From: Giardia intestinalis
Taxonomy: Eukaryota
Length of the DNA: 64,000 nt
Assembly: GCA_000002435.2 (NCBI GenBank)
Contig: CM018789.1
Reading direction: 5' to 3' (one strand)
Below, one piece after another: positions 52,701-63,087 of the stretch. The notes below the pieces were generated by a model. That model was not told the origin of the DNA. It worked only from the letters and a program-made list of their open reading frames with translations, and ran no database searches. Within the stretch, counting starts at the first letter, position 1; every line of letters starts with the position of its first letter. Position numbers and translations under genes: made by a program.

Positions 52701-53179
52701 TTAGACGGCGAGAGGCAATGCAGGCAACCGGCAACTCCTACAAAGTCCGCCACTCCTGTTGTGTCATCACACCGAACACACGAATCGACTGTTTGCGACG
52801 CTGCAGGGTTCCTAAAGAAACCAGACGTACAAGACTTGCAAACTCCTTTATCGCACTCGCTACATATAAGGTTCCCGGGGTAAAGATTACCGCACGCGTA
52901 GCAGCCTCCTTTGTATAGATACATGGAGTCTGTACACATCCCGCACCTCTTTTCGCTTACAATGGGTGTACCATCTGCACTCTTGCATGAAGAGTGTTGC
53001 TCGCTATCATACTTAATGCAGTGTCCGTTGAAGGGTATGTAGCCAGCATTCCTACACTCTGTGCACAGCTCGTGGCCGTTGATCTCCTCGCAACGGTCCT
53101 CTGCGCAATCGCTGACCTGGTTGGAGTGTGTACACTTCGCTGCTTGAAAGGCGATCAGCAGACCAAGGACCGCAAGCAT
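49724..53179 (-). CDS. high-cysteine membrane protein (identical to 5893..9348 product)
   Basis: 1151-aa translation identical to copy 1. Confidence 0.8.
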   Translation of the reverse strand: MLAVLGLLIAFQAAKCTHSNQVSDCAEDRCEEINGHELCTECRNAGYIPFNGHCIKYDSEQHSSCKSADGTPIVSEKRCGMCTDSMYLYKGGCYACGNLYPGNLICSECDKGVCKSCTSGFFRNPAASQTVDSCVRCDDTTGVADFVGVAGCLHCLSPSKSKGPDVALCVKCKLSTHKPNPNGDICYRCEIPDCPRCAADDSCAVCGRGYLKGTTKRVCVSQCGVGFYVAPTQLRQCKKCSGACQTCEGPNETDCTSCNESEGYFLAAENGTGRCVSCGDEQGHAGWKGVANCKACTRPSTPGVVECTECESNRLLIDGQCRKECDDPSEYCEADACDVVWRNELLCSRCKEGHAPLNGMCSELTPNNRRACIASKGRCEKCGPGFFFHQGGCYQVELEEKNFVCVEVGTKPEEIGLCKTCASGFRNDKGICVRCRDPYCKTCAQDTNTCESCIDGYYDPRFCKRCHNDCKTCVGESPEQCLTCHPKKYLSPIHKNIGVCVDAWQCGYGMYGHPFALKCLPCSEGCATCRGSEENDCTSCHLRTHFFVLTGYNRGQCIECGDTTNPKGINGCRECSAKGDSVRCIACKAGYVLVGGKCLSHCEDPNCAAGSCVVGIGEKLYCSLCKTDEHAPVDGICTNVASAHPSGCVTGVGFDSARSCLQCGAGYFLYMGGCYQESKEPGKSICTWAGVPGYVNGNNYGLGLCNACAAGYENQDGVCRPCTTVNCERCRMDDQGEVCTHCMVGYVLDQAGTCTTKTMGSCTVPDCAECTEGKKCRRCGPGFFLTSVGTCVDNCRSIPGHYALDATEKSPARCALCEISNCKECGAGNFCAVCSDGYFSDNGVCTPCDSTCATCVAKGPSSCVSCPSGYAVTSESGVGECKKPCTPSADGCKRCDASIDGASYCSVCSVQTAFPLNGKCVGPSARAGSACVSVVDGACTSCADGYFLLSGGCYQVDTYPGRTVCHAEERGVCTKGAHGKMVSESGILQECSIANCAECTADACVRCKLGYVSVDGQCQKCAQGCVTCIAPDNPQMCTLCDTGYYQSTTGSAFTCTACGADNNGMKGVNGCTCCMPPEGKVGSVLCYSFDALPSIIPTPKPGPDPVPDPVPAPAPSSARKTAMIAGVSVTAILLVTGLVSFLLWWFLCKRT

Positions 53180-53473
53180 TTAAATATAAACCAACGGAAT
53201 ATAATAAACTACATACTGCAAAAGTACAGAACTAGGACTTTTGTCAGTAAAGTATACGCCACACCTCTGTCTGTAATTCTTGTGGGCAGTTGTTTGTAGA
53301 GAACAATTCTGAGATTTCCTCTTAAGATTGCAGGTAGGTCCAATCGGCGTTTCAGCTCACATCGCAGAAACCACCATATTATCTCCCTACGGTATGCTGC
53401 GTAGAATTGCTCGATTTATGACCATCAACCCTTAGATTTCTACTTACACTACATTTCGGCTTTCTCAGCGTTT

Positions 53474-54076
53474 ATGACGTTTTTATCGATTCTTGCAAAG
53501 GAAATAGGCAGTCCAGATTTGTGTGTCGAGCCTCGAGCATGCAGTTTGGATTTAACGTTGCAGAGGCCTTCGGACTCCGGCGGTCCTCCTTACAAATCAG
53601 TCACTAAGAAGTATGCCTCTCAGGCAGTAGAAGAAGATCAAAACCGTCTTGGACAGCGTGTAGGGCGATTTTCATGTAGCACAGGGTCTCCCAGCCTTGT
53701 AACTAGCCTGGCATTCATTCGCGATTCCCACCACTTCTTGTTCTTAGCTGTCGATGAGGACCAGTGCCTCGGGATCCTGAAGGGAGGCATCAAGCATCTC
53801 TTTATGCTCGACAGCCAGAGCGAGACCCGCGAGATGGACGCGATGTGTTGCCTGGACTTCTACACCCATGAGACGGTGCAGCGCCGAGGGATCGGAACAC
53901 GGCTCTTCCGCGCCATGGGGCTTCACACGCATATCTCCGCTCAGGGCTGGGTTTTTGATCGACCCTCTCCGAAGTTGCTGGCCTTCCTCTCGAAGGTGTA
54001 CGACATGCATGACTTCAAGGCCCAACCCAACAACTTCCTCATGCTGGATGCATCCATTCGTCTTTGGGGGGGCTGA
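53474..54076 (+). CDS. ATAT1: alpha-tubulin N-acetyltransferase (copy 2)
   Basis: 200-aa translation identical to 9643..10245. Confidence 0.75.
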   Translation: MTFLSILAKEIGSPDLCVEPRACSLDLTLQRPSDSGGPPYKSVTKKYASQAVEEDQNRLGQRVGRFSCSTGSPSLVTSLAFIRDSHHFLFLAVDEDQCLGILKGGIKHLFMLDSQSETREMDAMCCLDFYTHETVQRRGIGTRLFRAMGLHTHISAQGWVFDRPSPKLLAFLSKVYDMHDFKAQPNNFLMLDASIRLWGG

Positions 54077-54677
54077 GTTCAAGCAGTACAGGCGCAGCAA
54101 AAAGCACTATATTCCAGATGCATACCTACTTCCGGAGACCCGGGAAAGCGAGTATCTGGGCGAGGCGGAGCTTACCAAGAGGACGCTCATCAGGAAGTCA
54201 ACAGCCGTCATTCCCCAAACTAAAACCACTCAATCAGAGGATGCGCCAGCTCGCGCCTTGACGGCAGATGAACTCCTGTCCAAGCGCTCTGTTGTTCTGC
54301 CCACAGCAAGCAGGACCCCTTCCCTTCCGAATTAGCCCCAGTCCGTGGCAGTCGCATACATGAATAAACGTAAATGATAATGATTCACTTTACCCCTGGC
54401 TATGCCCAGTGCTGTGCTGCTGGAACCTACCTGTGGGCGTACTCAAGGACCTCACAGGTAAATTGTCGCTCAATTTTTGGCGATGTCCGGAGACGAGGGT
54501 TGGTCGTTGATGATATAACGAGAGAATCCTCTCCATTGATATATCCAGAGCCTGGTGCGCTCCTCTGCCGTTTCGCGGGCGTGTGCTCAGGCTGAGAGTG
54601 TGTGTCGGCCCTTTCGGGGTTCAGCTTACTTACCCATCTGCGTCGTCCACCAGTGGCGCCTCTCCTTGGTCTGCCGT

Positions 54678-56727
54678 CCTGGTGGGTGAGGCTCTGGTCG
54701 CCGTCTTTTTTAGATGCTCCCGTCTGCCAGGGGCTGCCACCGGGCTCTCCGCTGGCTGGGCCCCTCGGTGTCCAGTCAGCTGTGGTCCTGGGCAGTGGTC
54801 CCACAGTCGCGGTCGCTTGGGTCCCAGCGGGCCGGCTGGTGGGGATGCGGGGGCTGGAGGGGACCGGGGGGTGTTCGTATGTGCCTCTGGGTCTGGCGGA
54901 CTGGGGTGATCGCAGCTGTGGTGACTGGGGGCTATCCATCTGTGACTCACCCCTCTGTGAACTCGTGGTCTGTGAGTGCCTCCACCCAGACAACCCTCAG
55001 GAGCCGTGCACACCGGGACAGAGAGGGTGACCAAGGGGAGTTAAGCAGCCCCGCTACGAGAGATGAGGGTGCACAGCAACCAGCCTGGGCTGCATGGCCT
55101 GCTCGAGCGATGTAGTGGCAGACGGCTCCCTCTGACAGCGACCCTGGTGACTGCACTGGTCTGCTCTCGAGACTGGGTGACAGTGCACACAGATGGACAT
55201 GAGTGCAGGAGGACCATCCACACACGGACAGACTGTGTGGACCCAGAGAGGACTGGAGTCTACTCGGGACACGCTGACTGTGCCCCATACGAGAGCACCA
55301 GGCAACCACCCGAGCACCCGAGAGGCAGCAACAGACACGGGCACCAGAGATCCCCAGCCAGACACCTTGCTATGCTCATCCACAGGGGCATCAGAGGGCC
55401 AGGTGGAGTCACCCTCACAATCAGGGCCTGATAGGAAGCCAGAGGACTCAAACACTACAGCACAGCAGGCCCAAGGGAGGCACACTCCAGGCAGGTGAGC
55501 AGTGGCAGAGCCCTGATAGCTGCCAGCCCCCCATGACACCCAGGCAGGCACCAGACTCACCGAAGACTCCGCTGGCCTCCACCGATGACCCGAGGGGGCA
55601 GCAGCCAGAGGAGCGAGGAGGCCTTCGGATGCCACAAGAGGCCCGGCTGTCCAGCAGGCGATGGAGCATAGGTGACCTCTGAGCACTATACAGGCACAGG
55701 GCTGACCATCAGAGTGATGCCCGATCACAGAGACGACCACGAGCACCCTCCACCGCACTCTGGGGCCGTCAATCATCCCACTGCCTCTCATAGCAGACCT
55801 CCTTGAGGGCAGTGCAGTGGGTCCCAGCTCATGCAGGAGGGTGCACGCCTCCCCTGGCATAGGACACCCCGGCTCTCCTCGAGGGGTCATCAGAGCCACG
55901 AGAGGTGTCAAGGTCCTGGTGGACCACACCGGGAACTCCCGAACGGGCACAGCAGATGTGAGGTATGGGTGACCCTCAGTGTGCTCCTCTCTGCATGGTA
56001 GAGCATCCTGAGACCAAGGAGGATCAGCCTGCCTATGAACAACACACAGCACTCCACAACGAGGACCCACCAGGAGCAGCACAGTTGGTCACGGGGACCC
56101 TCCAGTCACCAGTGCCCCACCGTGCCAGTCTTCTGGGCCATCACACTAGAGGCATGAGAGAACTCATCCCATCCACAGGATCATCCATGCCCCTGCTGGC
56201 CCGAGGTGAACTGCACCCATCGAGGCACTGGACAGGGCATACCAGGGGCCTAGCAGACCCGCACAGAGCATCAGGAGGGGCTGCGATGGCCTGCCTCAAC
56301 CCTCACGCACCAGCCAGACAGAGAGGCAATACTGCCTGGGACATGCAGAGGCCAAGGGAGGCACTCAGTCAGGGGGACACAACACGATCGTCGGTGTCTG
56401 TGTCTCAGGAGTGCAACGAAGGCTGGGGATCAGACACAGCCACCTTGGCAAATAGAGTGGGGATCACCCACCGCCACACTGGCCCATCAGACCCAGAGGC
56501 ACATACGACACAGCCCACCTCAGCCCCCCACCAGTCCTCACCCACCAACCCCGCCTCACCCACCAGCCGGACCCGCTATGGGACCCAAGCGACCGCGACT
56601 GTGGGACCACTGCCCAGGACCACAGCTGACTGGACACCGAGGGGCCCAGCCAGCGGAGAGCCCGGTGGCAGCCCCTGGCAGACGGGGCATCTAAAAAAGG
56701 ACAGTGACCAGAGCCTCACCCACCAAG
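54678..56727. repeat. GC-rich palindrome spacer element, inverted relative to 10847..12950
   Basis: Copy-1 ORFs 10880..11605(-) and 11513..12304(+) reappear as 55965..56978(+) and 55054..56082(-); coordinate sum ~67574. Confidence 0.6.
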
Positions 56728-59700
56728 GCGGCAGACCAAGGAGAGGCGCCACTGGTGGACGACGCAGATGGGTAAGTAAGCTGAACCCCGAAAGGGCCGA
56801 CACACACTCTCAGCCTGAGCACACGCCCGCGAAACGGCAGAGGAGCGCACCAGGCTCTGGATATATCAATGGAGAGGATTCTCTCGTTATATCATCAACG
56901 ACCAACCCTCGTCTCCGGACATCGCCAAAAATTGAGCGACAATTTACCTGTGAGGTCCTTGAGTACGCCCACAGGTAGGTTCCAGCAGCACAGCACTGGG
57001 CATAGCCAGGGGTAAAGTGAATCATTATCATTTACGTTTATTCATGTATGCGACTGCCACGGACTGGGGCTAATTCGGAAGGGAAGGGGTCCTGCTTGCT
57101 GTGGGCAGAACAACAGAGCGCTTGGACAGGAGTTCATCTGCCGTCAAGGCGCGAGCTGGCGCATCCTCTGATTGAGTGGTTTTAGTTTGGGGAATGACGG
57201 CTGTTGACTTCCTGATGAGCGTCCTCTTGGTAAGCTCCGCCTCGCCCAGATACTCGCTTTCCCGGGTCTCCGGAAGTAGGTATGCATCTGGAATATAGTG
57301 CTTTTTGCTGCGCCTGTACTGCTTGAACTCAGCCCCCCCAAAGACGAATGGATGCATCCAGCATGAGGAAGTTGTTGGGTTGGGCCTTGAAGTCATGCAT
57401 GTCGTACACCTTCGAGAGGAAGGCCAGCAACTTCGGAGAGGGTCGATCAAAAACCCAGCCCTGAGCGGAGATATGCGTGTGAAGCCCCATGGCGCGGAAG
57501 AGCCGTGTTCCGATCCCTCGGCGCTGCACCGTCTCATGGGTGTAGAAGTCCAGGCAACACATCGCGTCCATCTCGCGGGTCTCGCTCTGGCTGTCGAGCA
57601 TAAAGAGATGCTTGATGCCTCCCTTCAGGATCCCGAGGCACTGGTCCTCATCGACAGCTAAGAACAAGAAGTGGTGGGAATCGCGAATGAATGCCAGGCT
57701 AGTTACAAGGCTGGGAGACCCTGTGCTACATGAAAATCGCCCTACACGCTGTCCAAGACGGTTTTGATCTTCTTCTACTGCCTGAGAGGCATACTTCTTA
57801 GTGACTGATTTGTAAGGAGGACCGCCGGAGTCCGAAGGCCTCTGCAACGTTAAATCCAAACTGCATGCTCGAGGCTCGACACACAAATCTGGACTGCCTA
57901 TTTCCTTTGCAAGAATCGATAAAAACGTCATAAACGCTGAGAAAGCCGAAATGTAGTGTAAGTAGAAATCTAAGGGTTGATGGTCATAAATCGAGCAATT
58001 CTACGCAGCATACCGTAGGGAGATAATATGGTGGTTTCTGCGATGTGAGCTGAAACGCCGATTGGACCTACCTGCAATCTTAAGAGGAAATCTCAGAATT
58101 GTTCTCTACAAACAACTGCCCACAAGAATTACAGACAGAGGTGTGGCGTATACTTTACTGACAAAAGTCCTAGTTCTGTACTTTTGCAGTATGTAGTTTA
58201 TTATATTCCGTTGGTTTATATTTAAATGCTTGCGGTCCTTGGTCTGCTGATCGCCTTTCAAGCAGCGAAGTGTACACACTCCAACCAGGTCAGCGATTGC
58301 GCAGAGGACCGTTGCGAGGAGATCAACGGCCACGAGCTGTGCACAGAGTGTAGGAATGCTGGCTACATACCCTTCAACGGACACTGCATTAAGTATGATA
58401 GCGAGCAACACTCTTCATGCAAGAGTGCAGATGGTACACCCATTGTAAGCGAAAAGAGGTGCGGGATGTGTACAGACTCCATGTATCTATACAAAGGAGG
58501 CTGCTACGCGTGCGGTAATCTTTACCCCGGGAACCTTATATGTAGCGAGTGCGATAAAGGAGTTTGCAAGTCTTGTACGTCTGGTTTCTTTAGGAACCCT
58601 GCAGCGTCGCAAACAGTCGATTCGTGTGTTCGGTGTGATGACACAACAGGAGTGGCGGACTTTGTAGGAGTTGCCGGTTGCCTGCATTGCCTCTCGCCGT
58701 CTAAGTCTAAGGGTCCTGACGTGGCCCTATGTGTCAAGTGTAAGCTCTCGACACACAAGCCTAATCCGAACGGAGACATTTGCTACAGATGCGAGATCCC
58801 AGACTGCCCTAGGTGTGCGGCTGATGATTCGTGTGCAGTTTGTGGTCGCGGGTATCTTAAGGGAACAACCAAGCGTGTTTGCGTCTCTCAGTGTGGAGTT
58901 GGCTTCTACGTAGCCCCTACTCAGCTGCGACAATGCAAAAAATGCTCTGGTGCGTGTCAAACCTGCGAAGGACCTAATGAAACAGATTGCACCTCTTGCA
59001 ATGAATCGGAGGGCTATTTTCTGGCAGCAGAGAATGGAACGGGGAGGTGTGTTTCCTGTGGAGACGAGCAGGGACACGCTGGATGGAAAGGAGTAGCAAA
59101 TTGCAAGGCTTGCACTCGTCCCAGTACCCCCGGGGTGGTTGAGTGCACAGAGTGCGAGTCGAACCGTTTACTTATTGATGGACAATGCAGGAAAGAATGT
59201 GATGATCCATCTGAGTATTGTGAGGCAGACGCCTGTGACGTCGTTTGGAGGAATGAGCTTCTCTGCTCTCGCTGCAAAGAAGGACATGCGCCCCTCAACG
59301 GTATGTGTTCCGAACTCACGCCCAATAACCGACGCGCCTGCATTGCCAGCAAAGGACGCTGCGAAAAGTGTGGTCCAGGTTTCTTCTTTCACCAAGGAGG
59401 ATGTTATCAGGTAGAGCTCGAAGAGAAGAACTTTGTTTGCGTAGAAGTCGGGACCAAGCCCGAGGAAATTGGGTTATGTAAGACATGTGCAAGTGGATTT
59501 CGGAATGATAAAGGTATTTGCGTACGCTGCCGGGACCCGTACTGTAAGACGTGTGCTCAAGACACAAACACGTGCGAATCCTGCATCGACGGATACTACG
59601 ATCCGAGGTTTTGCAAACGATGCCACAATGACTGTAAGACATGCGTAGGAGAAAGTCCAGAGCAATGCCTCACATGTCATCCTAAAAAATACTTATCGCC

Positions 59701-61650
59701 CATACATAAAAACATCGGAGTTTGCGTAGATGCGTGGCAATGTGGCTATGGGATGTATGGACACCCCTTCGCTCTCAAATGCCTTCCTTGTAGCGAGGGG
59801 TGCGCTACATGTAGAGGCTCGGAAGAGAATGACTGCACATCTTGTCACCTCCGGACACACTTCTTTGTTCTTACTGGGTATAACCGTGGCCAATGCATCG
59901 AATGTGGAGACACAACCAATCCTAAAGGGATTAATGGTTGTAGAGAATGTAGCGCGAAAGGTGACTCGGTTAGATGCATCGCTTGCAAAGCTGGCTATGT
60001 ATTAGTTGGTGGCAAGTGCCTGTCCCACTGTGAGGACCCCAATTGCGCGGCGGGTTCGTGCGTGGTGGGAATAGGCGAGAAGCTGTACTGTAGCTTGTGC
60101 AAAACAGATGAACACGCGCCTGTGGACGGCATTTGCACTAACGTGGCAAGCGCACACCCCAGTGGCTGCGTGACTGGCGTAGGTTTTGACTCAGCGCGGA
60201 GCTGTCTTCAGTGTGGTGCGGGGTATTTCCTGTACATGGGCGGCTGCTACCAGGAGAGCAAGGAGCCCGGAAAAAGCATCTGTACCTGGGCAGGTGTTCC
60301 TGGTTACGTTAATGGAAACAACTACGGTCTTGGTCTTTGCAATGCATGTGCCGCCGGCTATGAGAACCAAGACGGCGTCTGCCGCCCCTGTACCACGGTG
60401 AACTGCGAGCGGTGCAGGATGGATGACCAGGGGGAGGTGTGCACACACTGCATGGTCGGGTACGTTCTGGATCAGGCAGGCACATGCACCACCAAGACCA
60501 CGGGTTCATGCACGGTCCCAGATTGCGCCGAGTGTACTGAGGGCAAGAAGTGTCGGCGTTGTGGACCCGGGTTCTTCCTCACCAGTGTGGGGACCTGCGT
60601 GGACAACTGCAGAAGCATTCCCGGGCACTACGCACTTGATGCCACGGAGAAGAGCCCCGCAAGGTGCGCTCTGTGTGAGATCTCGAACTGCAAAGAGTGT
60701 GGAGCCGGTAATTTTTGCGCTGTGTGCTCGGACGGGTACTTCTCCGACAACGGAGTCTGCACTCCTTGCGACAGCACGTGCGCCACCTGCGTAGCTAAGG
60801 GCCCCAGTAGCTGCGTGTCTTGCCCGTCGGGCTACGCGGTAACGTCTGAATCGGGGGTCGGGGAGTGCAAGAAACCGTGTACCCCGTCAGCCGACGGCTG
60901 CAAGAGGTGCGACGCGAGCATCGACGGGGCAAGCTACTGCTCTGTATGCAGCGTGCAGACCGCGTTCCCTCTGAACGGCAAATGCGTCGGGCTCTCCGCA
61001 CGGGCAGGGTCTGCGTGCGCCTCTGTGGTCGACGGCGCCTGTACGAGTTGTGCAGACGGATACTTCCTCCTGTCGGGAGGATGCTACCAGGTGGACACAT
61101 ATCCTGGACGCACCGTCTGCCATGCAGAGGAGAGGGGCGTGTGCACCAAGGGCGCGCACGGAAAGATGGTCAGCGAGTCGGGCATCCTTCAAGAGTGCTC
61201 GATCGCAAACTGCGCCGAATGCACGGCCGACGCCTGTGTGAGGTGCAAGCTGGGGTATGTGAGCGTGGACGGCCAGTGCCAGAAATGCGCCCAGGGCTGC
61301 GTCACCTGCATTGCCCCGGACAATCCGCAGATGTGCACCCTCTGTGACACAGGGTACTACCAGTCGACAACTGGATCGGCGTTCACATGCACAGCGTGCG
61401 GTGCGGACAACAACGGCATGAAAGGGGTCAACGGATGCACTTGCTGCATGCCTCCTGAGGGCAAGGTCGGATCCGTCCTCTGCTACTCCTTTGATGCGCT
61501 CCCGAGCATCATTCCGACGCCCAAGCCCGGCCCAGATCCAGTCCCAGATCCGGTTCCAGCCCCAGCCCCGAGCTCGGCAAGGAAGACGGCCATGATAGCC
61601 GGGGTATCCGTAACAGCAATCCTCCTTGTCACAGGCCTGGTCAGTTTTCT
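56728..61650. repeat. inverted copy (palindrome right arm) of the alpha-TAT/HCMP part of the duplicated block
   Basis: Reverse-complement match to 49755..54677 (and 5924..10846) at ~99.7% judged from a handful of amino-acid differences in overlapping ORFs; identity decays over last ~40 bp near 61650. Confidence 0.8.
57329..57931 (-). CDS. ATAT1: alpha-tubulin N-acetyltransferase (copy 3, inverted arm)
   Basis: Identical 200-aa translation. Confidence 0.75.
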   Translation of the reverse strand: MTFLSILAKEIGSPDLCVEPRACSLDLTLQRPSDSGGPPYKSVTKKYASQAVEEDQNRLGQRVGRFSCSTGSPSLVTSLAFIRDSHHFLFLAVDEDQCLGILKGGIKHLFMLDSQSETREMDAMCCLDFYTHETVQRRGIGTRLFRAMGLHTHISAQGWVFDRPSPKLLAFLSKVYDMHDFKAQPNNFLMLDASIRLWGG

Positions 61651-61759
61651 TCTACGGTGGCTCTTATGTAGGCGTACGCAGTCCCATGAGACGAAGCGTG
61701 TTACTCTTACTCGGAAACGTGTTCCCATTATTACATCTATCACTGCGCCATTGACTTGA
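58226..61759 (+). CDS. high-cysteine membrane protein, variant copy (4 substitutions; stop lost, 26-aa C-terminal extension)
   Basis: 1177 aa; TKTMGSC->TKTTGSC, VGPSARAGSACVSV->VGLSARAGSACASV, tail FLLWWFLCKRT* -> FLLRWLLCRRTQSHETKRVTLTRKRVPIITSITAPLT*. Confidence 0.7.
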   Translation: MLAVLGLLIAFQAAKCTHSNQVSDCAEDRCEEINGHELCTECRNAGYIPFNGHCIKYDSEQHSSCKSADGTPIVSEKRCGMCTDSMYLYKGGCYACGNLYPGNLICSECDKGVCKSCTSGFFRNPAASQTVDSCVRCDDTTGVADFVGVAGCLHCLSPSKSKGPDVALCVKCKLSTHKPNPNGDICYRCEIPDCPRCAADDSCAVCGRGYLKGTTKRVCVSQCGVGFYVAPTQLRQCKKCSGACQTCEGPNETDCTSCNESEGYFLAAENGTGRCVSCGDEQGHAGWKGVANCKACTRPSTPGVVECTECESNRLLIDGQCRKECDDPSEYCEADACDVVWRNELLCSRCKEGHAPLNGMCSELTPNNRRACIASKGRCEKCGPGFFFHQGGCYQVELEEKNFVCVEVGTKPEEIGLCKTCASGFRNDKGICVRCRDPYCKTCAQDTNTCESCIDGYYDPRFCKRCHNDCKTCVGESPEQCLTCHPKKYLSPIHKNIGVCVDAWQCGYGMYGHPFALKCLPCSEGCATCRGSEENDCTSCHLRTHFFVLTGYNRGQCIECGDTTNPKGINGCRECSAKGDSVRCIACKAGYVLVGGKCLSHCEDPNCAAGSCVVGIGEKLYCSLCKTDEHAPVDGICTNVASAHPSGCVTGVGFDSARSCLQCGAGYFLYMGGCYQESKEPGKSICTWAGVPGYVNGNNYGLGLCNACAAGYENQDGVCRPCTTVNCERCRMDDQGEVCTHCMVGYVLDQAGTCTTKTTGSCTVPDCAECTEGKKCRRCGPGFFLTSVGTCVDNCRSIPGHYALDATEKSPARCALCEISNCKECGAGNFCAVCSDGYFSDNGVCTPCDSTCATCVAKGPSSCVSCPSGYAVTSESGVGECKKPCTPSADGCKRCDASIDGASYCSVCSVQTAFPLNGKCVGLSARAGSACASVVDGACTSCADGYFLLSGGCYQVDTYPGRTVCHAEERGVCTKGAHGKMVSESGILQECSIANCAECTADACVRCKLGYVSVDGQCQKCAQGCVTCIAPDNPQMCTLCDTGYYQSTTGSAFTCTACGADNNGMKGVNGCTCCMPPEGKVGSVLCYSFDALPSIIPTPKPGPDPVPDPVPAPAPSSARKTAMIAGVSVTAILLVTGLVSFLLRWLLCRRTQSHETKRVTLTRKRVPIITSITAPLT

Positions 61760-63087
61760 ACAATATTGAGGATCCACTCTGTGCCTGGCTCTATAGATTA
61801 GCCTGCATCATTAAGAGAAACCTGCGCTCTTGCCCAACTAAAGTAATTTTGATATACCCAAGGACTATTATGGCTAGTCGTTTCCAATTTTCTTTCAGGT
61901 GTTCTCGGGCGGCTCTGTAAGTTGTTGAAGGCTTCTTCTAGCAACGTAGATTTTGCAAACTCCTGAGTAGAATTCTTTATGCTTTTCCTAAATAGAGCTA
62001 ACAAAGCGGCTCTATTTATTCAGCTAAATTTAATCTAAGTATTATGGTAATGCCTCCAGCATTATTCTGCATGCTCTCATTCCTTTAGAGAAGTTTCCTT
62101 GAAGTTTTATTGTAACTTTATCTGGCAGCATATAGTCTTACTGCTATGCCTTCTTTACCTTGCTGCCCTTCATATTTTAGGATGAATCTCTGTGCTGATC
62201 TAAGATTTCAATTCTTTGCAGCGACTATGGAAAGTGATAACGAGATGCACTTTGATTGCTATGCCAATAGGACATAAATATTCAATACTGAATTGGTGAG
62301 TAATTCACTGGGAACTGGCAGAGCTATCTGTCCGTGATCATTACGTATACCAGGCTTGTGGACGCCATCAATTTTGCTGTGTCCAAATGATTATACCCAG
62401 CTATCTACATTGGCGAGCATTCTGCATCCTCGCATCGTGCGTTTGAAGAATCATTGCTGTTCCAAGATTATTAAAGTGGCTACAAGTATTAGCGCAGTCT
62501 CTTCACTAGTTGTTTAAAGTCGCTTTTAGATTTAGCCAAAGCCTGTACAATATCTAGATGCCTAGATTCTATAACTGTCGTAAGGGAGCTCTTAGTAGAC
62601 CGCGACTTTAAGATACTGTGCTTGCTTAGCAATTATCTTTCAGTAGATACAGAATTTAAAGTTGAGACAATCACTGGCGCTACTGATCCTTTTTTAGTAC
62701 AGTCATTGCGCACTCAAAAAGATTCTTTATCTAACGAATGTTACCTTTCTCTACGTAACGAAACCAACTGTTTCATCTGTCTGACTACACCTTGAGATCA
62801 GCAGTGAGAAGACTAACAAATGCTCGAAGGCAGCGGTGTGTATGCCTATTGGCCACAAATACTTTCCGTTCTGCACAAATGTGGATTAGTATCGTGTGCT
62901 TGGTAGCTAGTATATACTTTCCATTGTGTATGGCTTCTAGGCTCAGAAAAGCCTTGCCACCTCCGACTTCACAAATACGTGCTGAGACAATCAGACATAT
63001 TTATGAATTGGTTGGTGTATGTTCCAATGCTCGTCCAAAAGACCCTCGAGGGTTCACTGATAGCACCCTCATTAGTCCAGAGGAAAG

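Larger units (their letters stand above)
46829..54677. repeat. segmental duplication copy 2 (direct copy of 2998..10846); also left arm of palindrome
   Basis: Offset +43831 from copy 1 with identical ORF translations throughout; diverges from copy 1 only inside the GC-rich element. Confidence 0.85.
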
